Shown here piece after piece: positions 28,641 to 38,925 of a stretch of DNA of 57,548 nucleotides. The stretch is from Methanothrix sp. (GTDB taxonomy: Archaea > Halobacteriota > Methanosarcinia > Methanotrichales > Methanotrichaceae): positions 1 to 57,548 of the forward strand of contig JBAXWY010000013.1 in assembly GCA_037128175.1 (NCBI GenBank). The letters run 5' to 3'. A program made the position numbers and the translations under genes. The notes under the pieces were generated by a model. It did no database searches. It saw only the letters and a program-made list of their open reading frames with translations, and had not been told where the DNA came from. Within the stretch, counting starts at the first letter, position 1, and every line of letters starts with the position of its first letter.

Positions 28641-28705
28641 ACACCCGGGTCTACGAGCTTTACGAGCTGACTGAAGAGGAGATTAGGATTGTGGAAGGGA
28701 TGTGA
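28612..28705 (+). pseudogene. C-terminal remnant of type IIG restriction-modification enzyme
   Basis: RIEATDRQIDTRVYELYELTEEEIRIVEGM matches the conserved ID.LVY.LY.LT.EEI.IVE tail. Confidence 0.8.
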
Positions 28706-29029
28706 GCTGATCGATCAGGAGGCAGAAAAGTGCAGGGAAATGATAGTTACCCGGATCCTTTCTTTTTCCGGCATAATCATTTTACCGGCGCGCTAGTTCG
28801 CATGAACCCAGACGGTCTTTTCCGAGGCATGAATGGGGCGATCATAACCGATCTCACGCAGGAAAAGTTCGCTAAGGTGCTAGCAAGCTTGGGCCGCCCG
28901 TTGACCCAAACCTTTTTCGTTAGATCTTACAATCTTGAAAATGCACGGATAAGGATATAGCTTTGGTAAATAATGCCTACGATATTTATCCAATATAAAA
29001 AATCGTTACTCTATTACCCATAAGAAAAG

Positions 29030-29126
29030 CGCCGAGGGTGAGATTCGAACTCACGGGGCCCTTTCGAACCACGAGCTTTCAGGGATTTCATTCCAGGCTC
29101 GCGCCATACCGCTAGACGACCTCGGC
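29030..29126 (-). tRNA. tRNA-Ser(GGA) with 13-nt intron (29078-29090)
   Basis: GCCGAGG/CCTCGGC acceptor, CGAGC/GCTCG anticodon stem, long variable arm GGTTC GAAA GGGCC, TTCGAAT T-loop. Confidence 0.9.
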
Positions 29127-29146
29127 ACAGATTTGGATTTCATGTT

Positions 29147-30307
29147 TTAGCGTTTGGCAGCTATCTTCGCTGCCTGGGAAGCGTCCCTCTCGGCCAGCTT
29201 CCACGCCTTGGGATACGTGCCCGGCTCCATTATTACCCTTTCGGTCAGAACGGCTATGCCCGTCTTGCCGTCGAGCATCTGCCGGCTGTTCATATCGGCC
29301 CGGCCAATGCCCACAGCTTCTCCTTTCAGGGTAAAGAGGGCAACGATGTCACCTTTACTTATATCTGTCTCCAGGCGAAGCAGCCCGGGCAGGGCCAGGG
29401 GCGCGCCGTGACAGATGGCATCCACGGCATTGTCGGCGATGACCAGCCGAGGCAGATGCCGCAAAGCCGCCTCTACGGGCAGTATGACGCGCCGCAGGCC
29501 ACTCTCATCGCCCGTCTCCTTCCAGGTCGCGTAGGCATCAATGAGCTGGTGCATCGTGACCAGCGTCTCATCCTCCCGGAAGGGACCGGCGCGCGTACGA
29601 CGCAGCTCCTCCATGTTCGCACCCGTGCCTAAAGCGAGACCAATATCAAAGCAGAGCTTGCGGATGTAGGTGCCCGCCTGGCAGCCCACGCGCATGAGCA
29701 CGCGCTGCTCCTCAATCTCCAGGACATCCAGATAATAAATGGTGCGAATACGTAGCTCTTTTACCACTGAGCTCTTCAGGGGCGGCTTTTGGAAAATTGG
29801 TCCCATGAACTCTACGCAAACGTCGAAGAGGCGTTTCTTGGGCTGGGGCTTATGCACCCGCATGAGGCAGATGTACTCCTTTCCTGCCAGGAGAAGAGTA
29901 TCCATAATCCTCGTAGCGTCTCCCAGGAGAACGGGCAAAATTCCCGTCACCTTGGGGTCGAGAGTGCCGCTATGCCCCGCCTTCTCTACCTCCAAAATGC
30001 GTTTCACCCAGGCAGCCACCTCATGGCTGGTCGGCCCGGAGGTCTTGTCCAGATTGATGGCCCCCAAAGACATGTGCATCTCTAGGCTGCGCTTCTCGGG
30101 CGCTACGCCATAGGCAGAATTGGTCTTGCCGCTTCGCTTTACCAGCACGGACCGAACCCTATCAGAGGGAAGAATTTGCGGATATTTGGAAACTGAGGGT
30201 GTTGCAGTGAACGGCGCGGCGGTCGAGCTAGGGGAAGAGCGCGGAGATCCGCGATCAGGTCTTTTCTCAGCGATCGTTGCCCTCTCGGCGCGATGGATCA
30301 CGGACAC
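29147..30307 (-). CDS. cbf5: RNA-guided pseudouridine synthase Cbf5
   Basis: GPTSHEV, GHSGTLDPKVTG, GTYIR, PUA domain; start uncertain. Confidence 0.95.
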   Translation of the reverse strand: MSVIHRAERATIAEKRPDRGSPRSSPSSTAAPFTATPSVSKYPQILPSDRVRSVLVKRSGKTNSAYGVAPEKRSLEMHMSLGAINLDKTSGPTSHEVAAWVKRILEVEKAGHSGTLDPKVTGILPVLLGDATRIMDTLLLAGKEYICLMRVHKPQPKKRLFDVCVEFMGPIFQKPPLKSSVVKELRIRTIYYLDVLEIEEQRVLMRVGCQAGTYIRKLCFDIGLALGTGANMEELRRTRAGPFREDETLVTMHQLIDAYATWKETGDESGLRRVILPVEAALRHLPRLVIADNAVDAICHGAPLALPGLLRLETDISKGDIVALFTLKGEAVGIGRADMNSRQMLDGKTGIAVLTERVIMEPGTYPKAWKLAERDASQAAKIAAKR

Positions 30308-30822
30308 GGGCGTCCCCTCACTGCGGCCAGCACAATTGCCAGCGTGGCTGCCTCATCGAACTTGCCGCTATCCACTATCAGATCATAAGCGGAAAAGTCG
30401 CTGATATCTATGTTGTAGTACATTTTATACCGCCGCCCCTCGCTCTCTTCGCGATGACGTGTCTCCTGCATGGCGTCTTCGGTCAGCTTTGCCTCACGTT
30501 TGGCGATGCGCTCAGCTCTTGTTCGTAATTCTGCCTTTAAAAGAACCTTCAAATCAGCCGGCAGCAGATGCCCGGAGAGCCGGCCCTCAAAGATGCCGCC
30601 CCCCCCTTTGGCCAGAACCTTCTGAGCATCATCAATGAGATAATCGATCTCAGGTCCCTTCTCGGCCAGACGGTTCATCTCCCGAACGGAGATATCCTTC
30701 TCGTCGGCGATCTTGCGAAAGAGATCCCCGGAGTTGATCCAGCGTAGTTTGAGCTCTTGGGAGAGAGAACGAGCAAGAGTTGATGTGCCCGTCCCCGGCG
30801 CACCGCTGATGGTTACTATCAT
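30298..30822 (-). CDS. cmk: Cytidylate kinase
   Basis: ITISGxPGTGTST-like P-loop, SGDLFR, EGRLSG, RY..YY.ID. Confidence 0.92.
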   Translation of the reverse strand: MIVTISGAPGTGTSTLARSLSQELKLRWINSGDLFRKIADEKDISVREMNRLAEKGPEIDYLIDDAQKVLAKGGGGIFEGRLSGHLLPADLKVLLKAELRTRAERIAKREAKLTEDAMQETRHREESEGRRYKMYYNIDISDFSAYDLIVDSGKFDEAATLAIVLAAVRGRPCP

Positions 30823-30824
30823 CT

Positions 30825-31433
30825 CTAGCTCATGCTCCCAATGTCCAGAGCCTTACGGATGATCTGAGATACAGGCAGTGAGCAGATAAAGTACCAGTAG
30901 AACCAGTAAAGGATCGGTCCCAGGACAGTGGCATTGATAGGATGTGTTCCCCAGAAGGGAAAGGTCATCATCATGTTTGGGTTAGCGGATATGAAACTGT
31001 AAGCCCACATGAAGAGTGGTATGGAGACGATGCCGATATAGAGCATAGGCTTAAACTGCATCTGCATCATCTTGCCCTGATCAGCTACCGCCTTCATCTG
31101 CTCATTTTGCATGGCTTGAATTCTAGACTGATCTCCAGATAGCTGCGCTTCTTTCATATTTCTTTGCAGCTTCTTCATCTTCTCCTGAGAATTTCGGAGG
31201 TACTCCCAGTCCATGGTGTACTTCTGAATCAGGCTGGCGTATAGGCCCGTGATGGCAGCCATAATGAAGAGCACCACGTGAAAAGGCAGAATCTCGGGAA
31301 GCCATCCCAGCAAATGACCGGTAGCTAAACCCAGGCCAGTTCTAAGCTGCGTACTGATCATTACCCCAAAAAAAAGGACAAAGCCCACCGCCATGGCAGC
31401 TTTGTCCAGGGACTTGGTTAGCTTCTCATTCAT
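30825..31433 (-). CDS. DUF106 (EMC3/TMCO1 Oxa1-superfamily) membrane protein
   Basis: TM-coiled coil-QFKPM..., WFYWYFICS; position after secY. Confidence 0.9.
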   Translation of the reverse strand: MNEKLTKSLDKAAMAVGFVLFFGVMISTQLRTGLGLATGHLLGWLPEILPFHVVLFIMAAITGLYASLIQKYTMDWEYLRNSQEKMKKLQRNMKEAQLSGDQSRIQAMQNEQMKAVADQGKMMQMQFKPMLYIGIVSIPLFMWAYSFISANPNMMMTFPFWGTHPINATVLGPILYWFYWYFICSLPVSQIIRKALDIGSMS

Positions 31434-33040
31434 GCCGACGCTCCGAAGAACTTCTGCATCATGGGGTACATCTCCTGAATCTGCTCGCTGGCTACCTGCT
31501 CATAGAGCCGATAGACAATGCTCACAGCCAAGAGCAGCCCCGTGCCGCCCGCGCCCCCCAGTGTGCCCAATAGGCTGGCGATCAAGGTTAAAACGCCAAT
31601 GATCACGCCGCCAATCACAGTCACCTTGGGGATATACCTCTCCATCAATTTCTCAATGGAGGCCGGGTTTCTTCTGTAGCCCGGAACCTGTAGGCCAGAG
31701 TTGTGAATCTTGGCAGCCACGCTCTTGGGGCCCATGCCCGTGGTCTCAATCCAGAAGATGGCGAAGATAATGCCGCCAATGATCAGGAATGAAGCGTCCA
31801 CGATCACATGCAGAAATATCTGCCAGCCGGCCAGAGCCGCGAATCCCAATTCAGTCATGCCAGGATGGCTTTGTACCATTCCCGGCATCCAGTCACTGGG
31901 GCCACGTAAGGCAGATAGATAGTACATCAAGCCCGATACCGGCTGAGGTGACGAGCCGCTCATGGCCACGCCAGTAACTGAATTAATTTTAGCGGACGAG
32001 ACGAATGTTCCGAGAAAGCTGGAGTAGCCGGTATAAATCGTGGTTACGCCCTGACCGGTTACCGTGGCCGAGGTTATCGTGCCGACCTTGGCCGCCAGCA
32101 ATGCTCCCACCATCTCGATGTTGGCCTGAATGGCCCGCACCAGGATCATGGGAAGAACTGAGGCGTAAACCAGCTTGACCGGGAACCGTCCCCGTGCGCC
32201 CCGCACGCGGCTGTGGGCCAGTGGTATCTCGATTCTGGTAGACTCCACCAAAACGACCAGCAAAATGATCATTATGGTAGATATGAGCGCCAGAATTCCT
32301 CCTGTTATCAAAATGAACTTCAGCCCTTCCGATGTGAAGAGGGTATCAAAGCCGATGAGCTGTAGCCTGATGATATCGATCCATTTGGGTATGATGCCCA
32401 CCGGAAGCCCCCCGTCGCCAGTCGCCGGATTGATGATGCCCGTGACCAACTGCTGGCTTATTCCAGCTACGATAAAGAGCCCCACTCCCGAGCCGACGCC
32501 CCATTTTGAGACGACCTCATCCATATAGACGATGAGTGATCCGCCTACGAAGACCTGAATAAAGATCAATAATGATATCATGCCCAGGGAAACACCTAGA
32601 GTACCAGCTAAACCGGCATCAGGCAACAAATAGCCTCCCAACACCTGCGGCAGGGCCTCAACTGCGACCATCACAAATACCAGGGCCTTTTGCGTGCCCT
32701 GATAAATGGCCTGATCCCTGGGTTCGCTCAGATTGAGCTTGATGATCTGGGCGCCCACGAGAAGCTGCAATACGATGGATGCGGTAACAATTGGACCTAT
32801 GCCAAGGAGCATCATCGAACCGAAGGATCCGGCAAAGAAGGCACGATAAGAACTAAAAATATCGATGGATGCTGCGGAAAGCCCAAAGAGGGGGATGTTT
32901 CCCAGGACGAAGTAGAGAATCAGTATGGCTAAAGTCCAGCTTAGCTTTCTCTTAAAATGGACGTGCCCAGTGGGCCGCTCCACGGAGGGGAGCCGGCGCA
33001 CAAAGGGCTCTATCGCATAAAAGAAACTCTGCTGGTTCAT
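31430..33040 (-). CDS. secY: Preprotein translocase SecY
   Basis: LGIGPIVTASIVLQLL, WGVGSGVGLFI, GGTGLLLAVSI. Confidence 0.97.
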   Translation of the reverse strand: MNQQSFFYAIEPFVRRLPSVERPTGHVHFKRKLSWTLAILILYFVLGNIPLFGLSAASIDIFSSYRAFFAGSFGSMMLLGIGPIVTASIVLQLLVGAQIIKLNLSEPRDQAIYQGTQKALVFVMVAVEALPQVLGGYLLPDAGLAGTLGVSLGMISLLIFIQVFVGGSLIVYMDEVVSKWGVGSGVGLFIVAGISQQLVTGIINPATGDGGLPVGIIPKWIDIIRLQLIGFDTLFTSEGLKFILITGGILALISTIMIILLVVLVESTRIEIPLAHSRVRGARGRFPVKLVYASVLPMILVRAIQANIEMVGALLAAKVGTITSATVTGQGVTTIYTGYSSFLGTFVSSAKINSVTGVAMSGSSPQPVSGLMYYLSALRGPSDWMPGMVQSHPGMTELGFAALAGWQIFLHVIVDASFLIIGGIIFAIFWIETTGMGPKSVAAKIHNSGLQVPGYRRNPASIEKLMERYIPKVTVIGGVIIGVLTLIASLLGTLGGAGGTGLLLAVSIVYRLYEQVASEQIQEMYPMMQKFFGASA

Positions 33041-33414
33041 ACTACTACTGCCTGACCACCAGCAGCCTCAATTTTGCTCTTTGCCGTCGCAGTGAATCCA
33101 GCCGCGCTAACGTTAAGCGTTCTGGTTACCTTGCCGCGACCCAGCACCTTCATCTCGGAAAGCTCAATTTTGCCATCCGGGCCTGCCATCTGGTCCAGCA
33201 CGTCCACGTTGACTACCTCTAGCTCCACGGCAAGAGGCAGCTTGACGAACCCATGCTTGCCCATCTGAGTTCCGAGAAGCATAGAGCGCATGAAGTGATG
33301 TTTGCACTTCCCAGAATCTCCGCGACCGCCGCGAGACCCGCCTCCGCGCGCATTCTTATGCTTGCCGTGGTAGGTTCGGTGCCCTCTTTTTTCCTTCGTC
33401 TTTGGTCTAACCAT
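33037..33414 (-). CDS. rpl15p: 50S ribosomal protein L15
   Basis: RG.RT, RGGRG, GKHGF, KVLGRG, KIEAAGG. Confidence 0.95.
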   Translation of the reverse strand: MVRPKTKEKRGHRTYHGKHKNARGGGSRGGRGDSGKCKHHFMRSMLLGTQMGKHGFVKLPLAVELEVVNVDVLDQMAGPDGKIELSEMKVLGRGKVTRTLNVSAAGFTATAKSKIEAAGGQAVVV

Positions 33415-33418
33415 GGTT

Positions 33419-33874
33419 CTACCTCATCCTCTTGATAAGATCCGCCAAATCCGTGCGAAAGCCCAGATCTCCGCCCTGTTGCGCGGTCTTCTTGATGGTC
33501 TTTAAACCCTTGCGGGCCGGATGGAGCCGGAATATGGGCTTGATTTCCAGATCCTTCAGGCTTGTTGCCCCAGAGGTGATGGCACTGGCCAATTCTTGGA
33601 AGGAGCCATAGGATGTATTCTCTTTCAAGAACTGCTCTGTCAGCCGCCTGTTTGCACTCAGCCGTCCCCGCTTCTCCAGAAGCATGGCCAGAGTGTCATC
33701 GTCTATCTTGCCCCAGGCAACATAGTCCTTTACCTTCTGGATCATGCCCTGGTAATGCGCATCTTCTTTGACGACGATGCAATGGTTGACTCGATGGATA
33801 TGCAGCATCGCTAAAGTTGACTTGATCCCGGGCCGAACGTTCAACTCGCCTCTCAATCTCACTATGGCAAACAT
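33419..33874 (-). CDS. rpl30p: 50S ribosomal protein L30
   Basis: MFAIVRLRG, VKDYVAWG, FRLHPARKG; start trimmed. Confidence 0.95.
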   Translation of the reverse strand: MFAIVRLRGELNVRPGIKSTLAMLHIHRVNHCIVVKEDAHYQGMIQKVKDYVAWGKIDDDTLAMLLEKRGRLSANRRLTEQFLKENTSYGSFQELASAITSGATSLKDLEIKPIFRLHPARKGLKTIKKTAQQGGDLGFRTDLADLIKRMR

Positions 33875-33876
33875 CT

Positions 33877-34500
33877 TCAAGCCCTCACAGTTACAGTATT
33901 GATGAGTGCATTGTAGGTGGCCTTGGCGAAATTGATAGTAGTCCTGGTCGAACCTGCCGTTCTTGTCCACACATCCTTGATTCCGGCCATGTCCATGACC
34001 TTCTTGGATGTGTCGCCGGCAGCGATGCCTAACCCTCTAGGCGCCGGAATAAGTACGACTCTGACGCTTCCTGACTCGCCAATTACCTGATAAGGCACAG
34101 TGTGCGCCTGGCCGCAGCCGCATTCCCAGCTACCGCAACCTCGCTTCACCTTCATGATATTCCGCTTGGCACTATCGATGCCCTTCTTGATGGCTTTGCC
34201 CACCTGAACATCCTTTCCTTCGCCAAGTCCAATGTAGCCGTCTCTGTTTCCCACAATTACCGTGGTTCTGAATTTGACTCTCCTTCCGGAGTCCGTCATC
34301 CTCTGAACCATGTTGATATCCAGAACTTCATCCTCAAGTCCCGGTATCAGCACATCTATCAGGCCGGCCTCCTTAATAGGCAGACCTGAGGCAATTGCCT
34401 CATCGAAGGAGGTTACTTGGCCCTCAAAGACGAGCTTGCCCAGCCTTGTCTTGGGGATCCACTCTTCCTGGTAAAAATCACGCTTCTTTTTCCGATCCAT
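33877..34500 (-). CDS. rps5p: 30S ribosomal protein S5
   Basis: [25 protein letters not shown]. Confidence 0.97.
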   Translation of the reverse strand: MDRKKKRDFYQEEWIPKTRLGKLVFEGQVTSFDEAIASGLPIKEAGLIDVLIPGLEDEVLDINMVQRMTDSGRRVKFRTTVIVGNRDGYIGLGEGKDVQVGKAIKKGIDSAKRNIMKVKRGCGSWECGCGQAHTVPYQVIGESGSVRVVLIPAPRGLGIAAGDTSKKVMDMAGIKDVWTRTAGSTRTTINFAKATYNALINTVTVRA

Positions 34501-34504
34501 AAGT

Positions 34505-35014
34505 TCACCCCAGTATCTTCTCTCGAACCTGCTCGAATTGGGCCACGATATCTACTCCCGTGTGCTTCTTTATGTGCTCGCCAGAAATCCTCTTCTCATC
34601 GGGGAAGATCTCCGAGCCATGAGGCACATTTACACCTGCATCCACGATGCCTTTAATGGCAGCATAGATTCTGTTGCCTTTAGTGGAGGCATGCAGACCA
34701 ATATCTGCGATACCCTCATCAATGCCCAGGGCCAGCATCTTCTTGCCGAAGATAAGGCCGGTAAGATAGGCAGCAGGTATATTGCTCCTGCTAAAGGTAT
34801 ATCCAAAGTTCAACAGCTCTCGGGAATTAACCGTCAGGAGTGTTTTATCGCCTTTCTGCTCCGCCACTACCAATTGCAGCAATGTGTTGGCATTGCTCTT
34901 CCGGACAACAACACGGGGTTTCTTCGATAGTATTAGCTTATATCTAACGTGATAGTTGGTCCTGCCCTCTCTTCTTCTTCGGAAGGGGACTCTATATCTC
35001 GGTCCTGTAGCCAA
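34505..35014 (-). CDS. rpl18p: 50S ribosomal protein L18
   Basis: [20 protein letters not shown]; TTG start. Confidence 0.96.
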   Translation of the reverse strand: MATGPRYRVPFRRRREGRTNYHVRYKLILSKKPRVVVRKSNANTLLQLVVAEQKGDKTLLTVNSRELLNFGYTFSRSNIPAAYLTGLIFGKKMLALGIDEGIADIGLHASTKGNRIYAAIKGIVDAGVNVPHGSEIFPDEKRISGEHIKKHTGVDIVAQFEQVREKILG

Positions 35015-35015
35015 G

Positions 35016-35477
35016 TTATTCACTCCTGGCAAGGCCCTTAGCCTTGATGAATGAGTTCATGTGCGCCAAACTTCTGTACTCGCCGCCCTTGGATTTGCGA
35101 TAAAGCAAGCGGTAGGCATGGCGATCTATCTGGCCGCCTTCACGAAGCTCGCAAAGCTTCTTTCGCAGAGCCCGGATTTTGGTCATCCACTGCCTTTTTC
35201 TTGGGGATCGGGCACCTTTGGCGCCTCTCCTATGTCCCGCTCCTTTGCAGTGACCATAGGCGCGCTTTGCTGCTCTGGCCCTGATTCTGCCTCGGCTGTT
35301 GCCCTTCTTGGGCTTGGCCTTGATATTTCCGGCCTCTACCTGGGAACGAATGTCCTCTCGGGTAATGGCATCGGAAAGCTCGCTTGCCACTTCTGGATCG
35401 GGATTGATCCAGACCCGGCTCTCGCCAATTTTAAGCTCGGCTGCGGCCAGGCGCCGCTGCGTTGTTAAGCCCGGCAT
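35016..35477 (-). CDS. rpl19e: 50S ribosomal protein L19e
   Basis: QRRLAA..LK.GE.RVWI, AITREDIR, G.KGAR. Confidence 0.96.
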   Translation of the reverse strand: MPGLTTQRRLAAAELKIGESRVWINPDPEVASELSDAITREDIRSQVEAGNIKAKPKKGNSRGRIRARAAKRAYGHCKGAGHRRGAKGARSPRKRQWMTKIRALRKKLCELREGGQIDRHAYRLLYRKSKGGEYRSLAHMNSFIKAKGLARSE

Positions 35478-35479
35478 TT

Positions 35480-35863
35480 CTAGGCACCACCCTTGGGATT
35501 GAGCACCCTAAGGCCTGCCTCAGCTGCTTTTGACTGCATCTCCAGGCGCTTCTTCATGCCAACGCCTGATGCTATGCGTACAACAAAGCCCTGCGCCTTC
35601 AGCACCTCGGCCACGTTATTAACCAGTACCTCAGGAAGGCCGCAGGGATGAAATCCCTTAACTGCCTTGGGGCTTCCATAGCCGACTCTAACCAGCTTGC
35701 CTTTAGCAGCAATCTGCTGCCGGAGCTTGTTGTGCAGGCCGCGAGGCTTTCGCCAGCTGGTGCCAAGCCGCTTCTTTTTATGTGAATCATGAAGGTTGAA
35801 CTCAGGCTTCTTTGATTTCTGCCGGGTTCTTACTCTCAGCAACCTCTCTGCCATCCTTGTCAC
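35480..35863 (-). CDS. rpl32e: 50S ribosomal protein L32e
   Basis: KKPEF, WRKPRG, GYGSP, HP.GL.EVLV. Confidence 0.96.
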   Translation of the reverse strand: MTRMAERLLRVRTRQKSKKPEFNLHDSHKKKRLGTSWRKPRGLHNKLRQQIAAKGKLVRVGYGSPKAVKGFHPCGLPEVLVNNVAEVLKAQGFVVRIASGVGMKKRLEMQSKAAEAGLRVLNPKGGA

Positions 35864-36399
35864 CTCTTGTCCACCAGGTATATCCCGTCTTGGAATATCC
35901 TGATATCGAAACCACGCACCCTGGTAGCCTGCTCAATATTGGCCATCGTCTGGCCAACTCGCTCCTTGTCGATGCCTGTGATCGTTACTTCATCTTTGCC
36001 GATCTCGACCTTCGCACCCGGTAAGATCTTGGCGGATCGAGACTTCCTTTCGCCCAGGAAATTGGTTATAATGAGCTCGTTGGAAGCTTCCTTGAGCTGT
36101 ATGGGAAAGTGAGAGTACACGACCTTCATCTTGTACTCATAACCCCGGCTTACGCCTGCAATCATATTGCTGATGTGCGCGGCCAGTGTCCCCACCATCG
36201 CCCGGTGCTGCTTTCGATCGAGCCTGGAATTCACGATCAGTTGAGATTCCTCGTTCTTGATCTCTATCTCAGGATAGCTAAGCTGCCTGCTGACCTCACC
36301 TTTCGGCCCCTTAACCGTGACGGTATTCCCGTCTATGGTTACGGCAACTCCTTCTGGGATCTCTACCGTTCGTGCAATCTCTTTGACCATTGCGACCAC
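35860..36399 (-). CDS. rpl6p: 50S ribosomal protein L6
   Basis: IPEGV, VKGPKG, YSHFP, NFLGER, FQDGIY. Confidence 0.96.
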   Translation of the reverse strand: MVAMVKEIARTVEIPEGVAVTIDGNTVTVKGPKGEVSRQLSYPEIEIKNEESQLIVNSRLDRKQHRAMVGTLAAHISNMIAGVSRGYEYKMKVVYSHFPIQLKEASNELIITNFLGERKSRSAKILPGAKVEIGKDEVTITGIDKERVGQTMANIEQATRVRGFDIRIFQDGIYLVDKR

Positions 36400-36798
36400 C
36401 TAATATACGTAAGCCAGGAGCTGCCCGCCCAGGAATTGGTTCCTGGCATCAGAATGGGCCATGACTCCCTTACTGGTGCTCAATATCAGAACACCGAAGT
36501 TCCTGGCGGGGAGGAATCGCTTCTCCCATTTCTCCATCTCGGTCACCTTGGTTGAAAACCGGGGCTTAATTACGCCACATCGGTTGATCCTTCCCAGGAG
36601 CTTAACTCGGAACATTCCCGACTTTCCGTCGTCAACAAATTCAAACTCGCCTATGTATCCTCGATCCGCCATAACCTTCAGAGCTCTTCCTATGAGCTTG
36701 GAGGCGGGATGAATGATACATTCAGGCTTGCCTACGCTCTCCGCATTCTTTATTACGGATAGGGCATCGGCCAGTGGATCCAATAACAATGCAACCAC
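36400..36798 (-). CDS. rps8p: 30S ribosomal protein S8
   Basis: [27 protein letters not shown]. Confidence 0.96.
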   Translation of the reverse strand: MVALLLDPLADALSVIKNAESVGKPECIIHPASKLIGRALKVMADRGYIGEFEFVDDGKSGMFRVKLLGRINRCGVIKPRFSTKVTEMEKWEKRFLPARNFGVLILSTSKGVMAHSDARNQFLGGQLLAYVY

Positions 36799-36951
36799 CT
36801 ACGAATATTTTTCAAAACCCATCTCAGGGGCGATCTCTCGGAAGCACTGCCGGCAAATGTATATCCCGTACTTTCTTATCAGGCCGTTTTTATTTCCACA
36901 GCGCTTGCACGGGTTTGCACCTCTTCCGAAGATCTTTTTTCCTTTCTTCAT
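36799..36951 (-). CDS. rps14p: 30S ribosomal protein S14 (not in ORF track)
   Basis: Manual translation [50 protein letters not shown]. Confidence 0.96.
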   Translation of the reverse strand: MKKGKKIFGRGANPCKRCGNKNGLIRKYGIYICRQCFREIAPEMGFEKYS

Positions 36952-37463
36952 GCTGCCTCCAAGATCTCAATGCCGAACTTCTTTGAGACGAACTCGATAG
37001 TATCGTCTTTATTCAGCCTCTGTCGGCTGGGAAGTTTCTTTTGCGCCACGCGCCGCATTGCAATCCGATAGCCGGCTCTCTTCAAGGCCACAGATACGTC
37101 CATGCCGAATATGCCTATATCCGGATCGTATCGCATGCCTGGAAAGTCGGTGTGCTCCTCAATGCCGAAAGAGAAGTTGCCTTGCATGTCGAACTGGCTC
37201 CTTTTCAAGCTATTTCCTGCTGCCTTTAGGGCTATGATCAGGAAATCTTCCGCAGCTTTTCCTCGCAAGGTAAGCTTTGCACCGATAGGCTCATTCTTTT
37301 TGATCCCGAAGGTAGGTAGAGTCTTCTTGGCAATAGAACGAACGGGCTGTTGTTTGGTAATGGCCTTCATGATGGTTTCAGCATTTACCAGCCTTTGACC
37401 GCTCTCTCCTACGCCCACATGCACGACAACCTTGTTGACGCGGGGAATTAGATTGGCATTCAT
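36948..37463 (-). CDS. rpl5p: 50S ribosomal protein L5
   Basis: [32 protein letters not shown]. Confidence 0.97.
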   Translation of the reverse strand: MNANLIPRVNKVVVHVGVGESGQRLVNAETIMKAITKQQPVRSIAKKTLPTFGIKKNEPIGAKLTLRGKAAEDFLIIALKAAGNSLKRSQFDMQGNFSFGIEEHTDFPGMRYDPDIGIFGMDVSVALKRAGYRIAMRRVAQKKLPSRQRLNKDDTIEFVSKKFGIEILEAA

Positions 37464-38165
37464 CTAAACTGCCCCCAGCTTGATGACAGGCTGATCTTTT
37501 CCGATCATGTAAACGTAATCCTTGATGGTTTCAAACTCCTTGTCGCCCGATATGATGATGCGATTATGCTGGGAGCTCTTCACGGTTATGATCTCTTTGA
37601 TCTTCCCCGTTTGGCCTGTATGCTTTCCGCCTACGACCATGGCCAGATTACCGATCTCAAAGCCGATCCGGTCTTCAATATTCTTATCTGGCAATGAGAG
37701 GACCAGTGAATCGCCAACCTTAAACTCGCCTTCTGCCAGCTTATTTGAGCCGTCGGAGAGGTTGAGCTGCTGCTTTTTACCTGAGATTATGGTTTTATTC
37801 TCAATTCGAGCCAGCTTTTTCACGTCGTCCGTTTCAATAGGACTGAGATAGAACATTCCCTTCTCATCTTTGAGCATTCTATATTGCAGGTTGCTCGAGG
37901 GAACGGATATGACATCGAATATGCCTACAGGCAGCTTGTAATCCTTCTGGGTTTTCCCATCCACCAGTACCTTGCCCTCGTACAGAGCCCTCTTTGCTTC
38001 GCGGGCATTATCTACCAGCTTAAGCATATCTCGGATTACCATCACGAGAGGCATGCTATCACCAGCGGAATGAGGCCCGGGACTGGACTTGGCAACCCAT
38101 GCGTGGGTCTTTCTTGCAATGGGCCAGCTTACGGGAACCGTTACTCTTTTTTGATGTCTGCTCAT
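37464..38165 (-). CDS. rps4e: 30S ribosomal protein S4e
   Basis: HQKR...P.SW, PGPH, GGKHTG. Confidence 0.96.
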   Translation of the reverse strand: MSRHQKRVTVPVSWPIARKTHAWVAKSSPGPHSAGDSMPLVMVIRDMLKLVDNAREAKRALYEGKVLVDGKTQKDYKLPVGIFDVISVPSSNLQYRMLKDEKGMFYLSPIETDDVKKLARIENKTIISGKKQQLNLSDGSNKLAEGEFKVGDSLVLSLPDKNIEDRIGFEIGNLAMVVGGKHTGQTGKIKEIITVKSSQHNRIIISGDKEFETIKDYVYMIGKDQPVIKLGAV

Positions 38166-38530
38166 TCGGATCGCCTCGCGAAGATCTTTTCCCTCTCTGC
38201 GTCTTCAAGAATGAGCTTGATTATCATGACGTTGGAGGGATGGATAGTTCTCGGCACTTCAGTTCCGTCAGCCCGGTAGTTGCTCACGCCTGCTACTTTG
38301 ATGGTGCACCTCTTAAGGTCCACATCTTCGACCTCTCCTTCGGTGCCGGCATGATCGCCACGCATAACCTTGACGGTGTCGCCCTTGCGAAGCTGTGCAT
38401 TGCGCCTCTTCAGCTCCTCACGCAAAGCTTTGCTCAAGGGTGCGTGCATGTACTTTTGACGCCTATGCAGCGGTGCGGTATACCTCGCCTTCCGCTGCTT
38501 CCTTGGCTGTTTTGTAATCATAATCATCAC
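38162..38530 (-). CDS. rpl24p: 50S ribosomal protein L24
   Basis: [24 protein letters not shown]. Confidence 0.96.
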   Translation of the reverse strand: MMIMITKQPRKQRKARYTAPLHRRQKYMHAPLSKALREELKRRNAQLRKGDTVKVMRGDHAGTEGEVEDVDLKRCTIKVAGVSNYRADGTEVPRTIHPSNVMIIKLILEDAEREKIFARRSE

Positions 38531-38925
38531 ACAATCATGGATGCCGCGGAGGCGATCTTGCTAAATCTTTCCGCTACCTCGCGGGCCACTGGTCCCTTAA
38601 CCTCAGAACCCTTGGGAACGCCCTCGTCATCTACTATAACGGCGGCATTATCCTCGAATTTTACCCTGAGGCCGTCAGGCCTTCGGAACTCTTTTCTCTG
38701 CCGGATGATGACAGCTTTAAAGATCTGTTTTCTCATCTCCGGACTTCCTTTTTTCACAGATACTACTACTACGTCCCCAATCCCTGCGCGGGGCTGTCTA
38801 TTTTTCACGCCTCGATAATTCTTGACGGCGATGACGTGTAGCGTCCGCGCACCTGTATTGTCTACACAATCCAGGTATGCGCCAGTGTTGATCGCCCTTG
38901 GGATCTTGGCCTTTTGTCCTTTCAT
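38527..38925 (-). CDS. rpl14p: 50S ribosomal protein L14
   Basis: [19 protein letters not shown]. Confidence 0.97.
   Translation of the reverse strand: MKGQKAKIPRAINTGAYLDCVDNTGARTLHVIAVKNYRGVKNRQPRAGIGDVVVVSVKKGSPEMRKQIFKAVIIRQRKEFRRPDGLRVKFEDNAAVIVDDEGVPKGSEVKGPVAREVAERFSKIASAASMIV

Noticed and set aside
28730-28960. 76-aa ORF before tRNA-Ser
   Set aside because: No recognisable motif or RBS; may be a gene fragment but cannot be supported
23321-29029. Intact provirus or integrative element
   Set aside because: No integrase, capsid or replication gene and no tRNA-end duplication found
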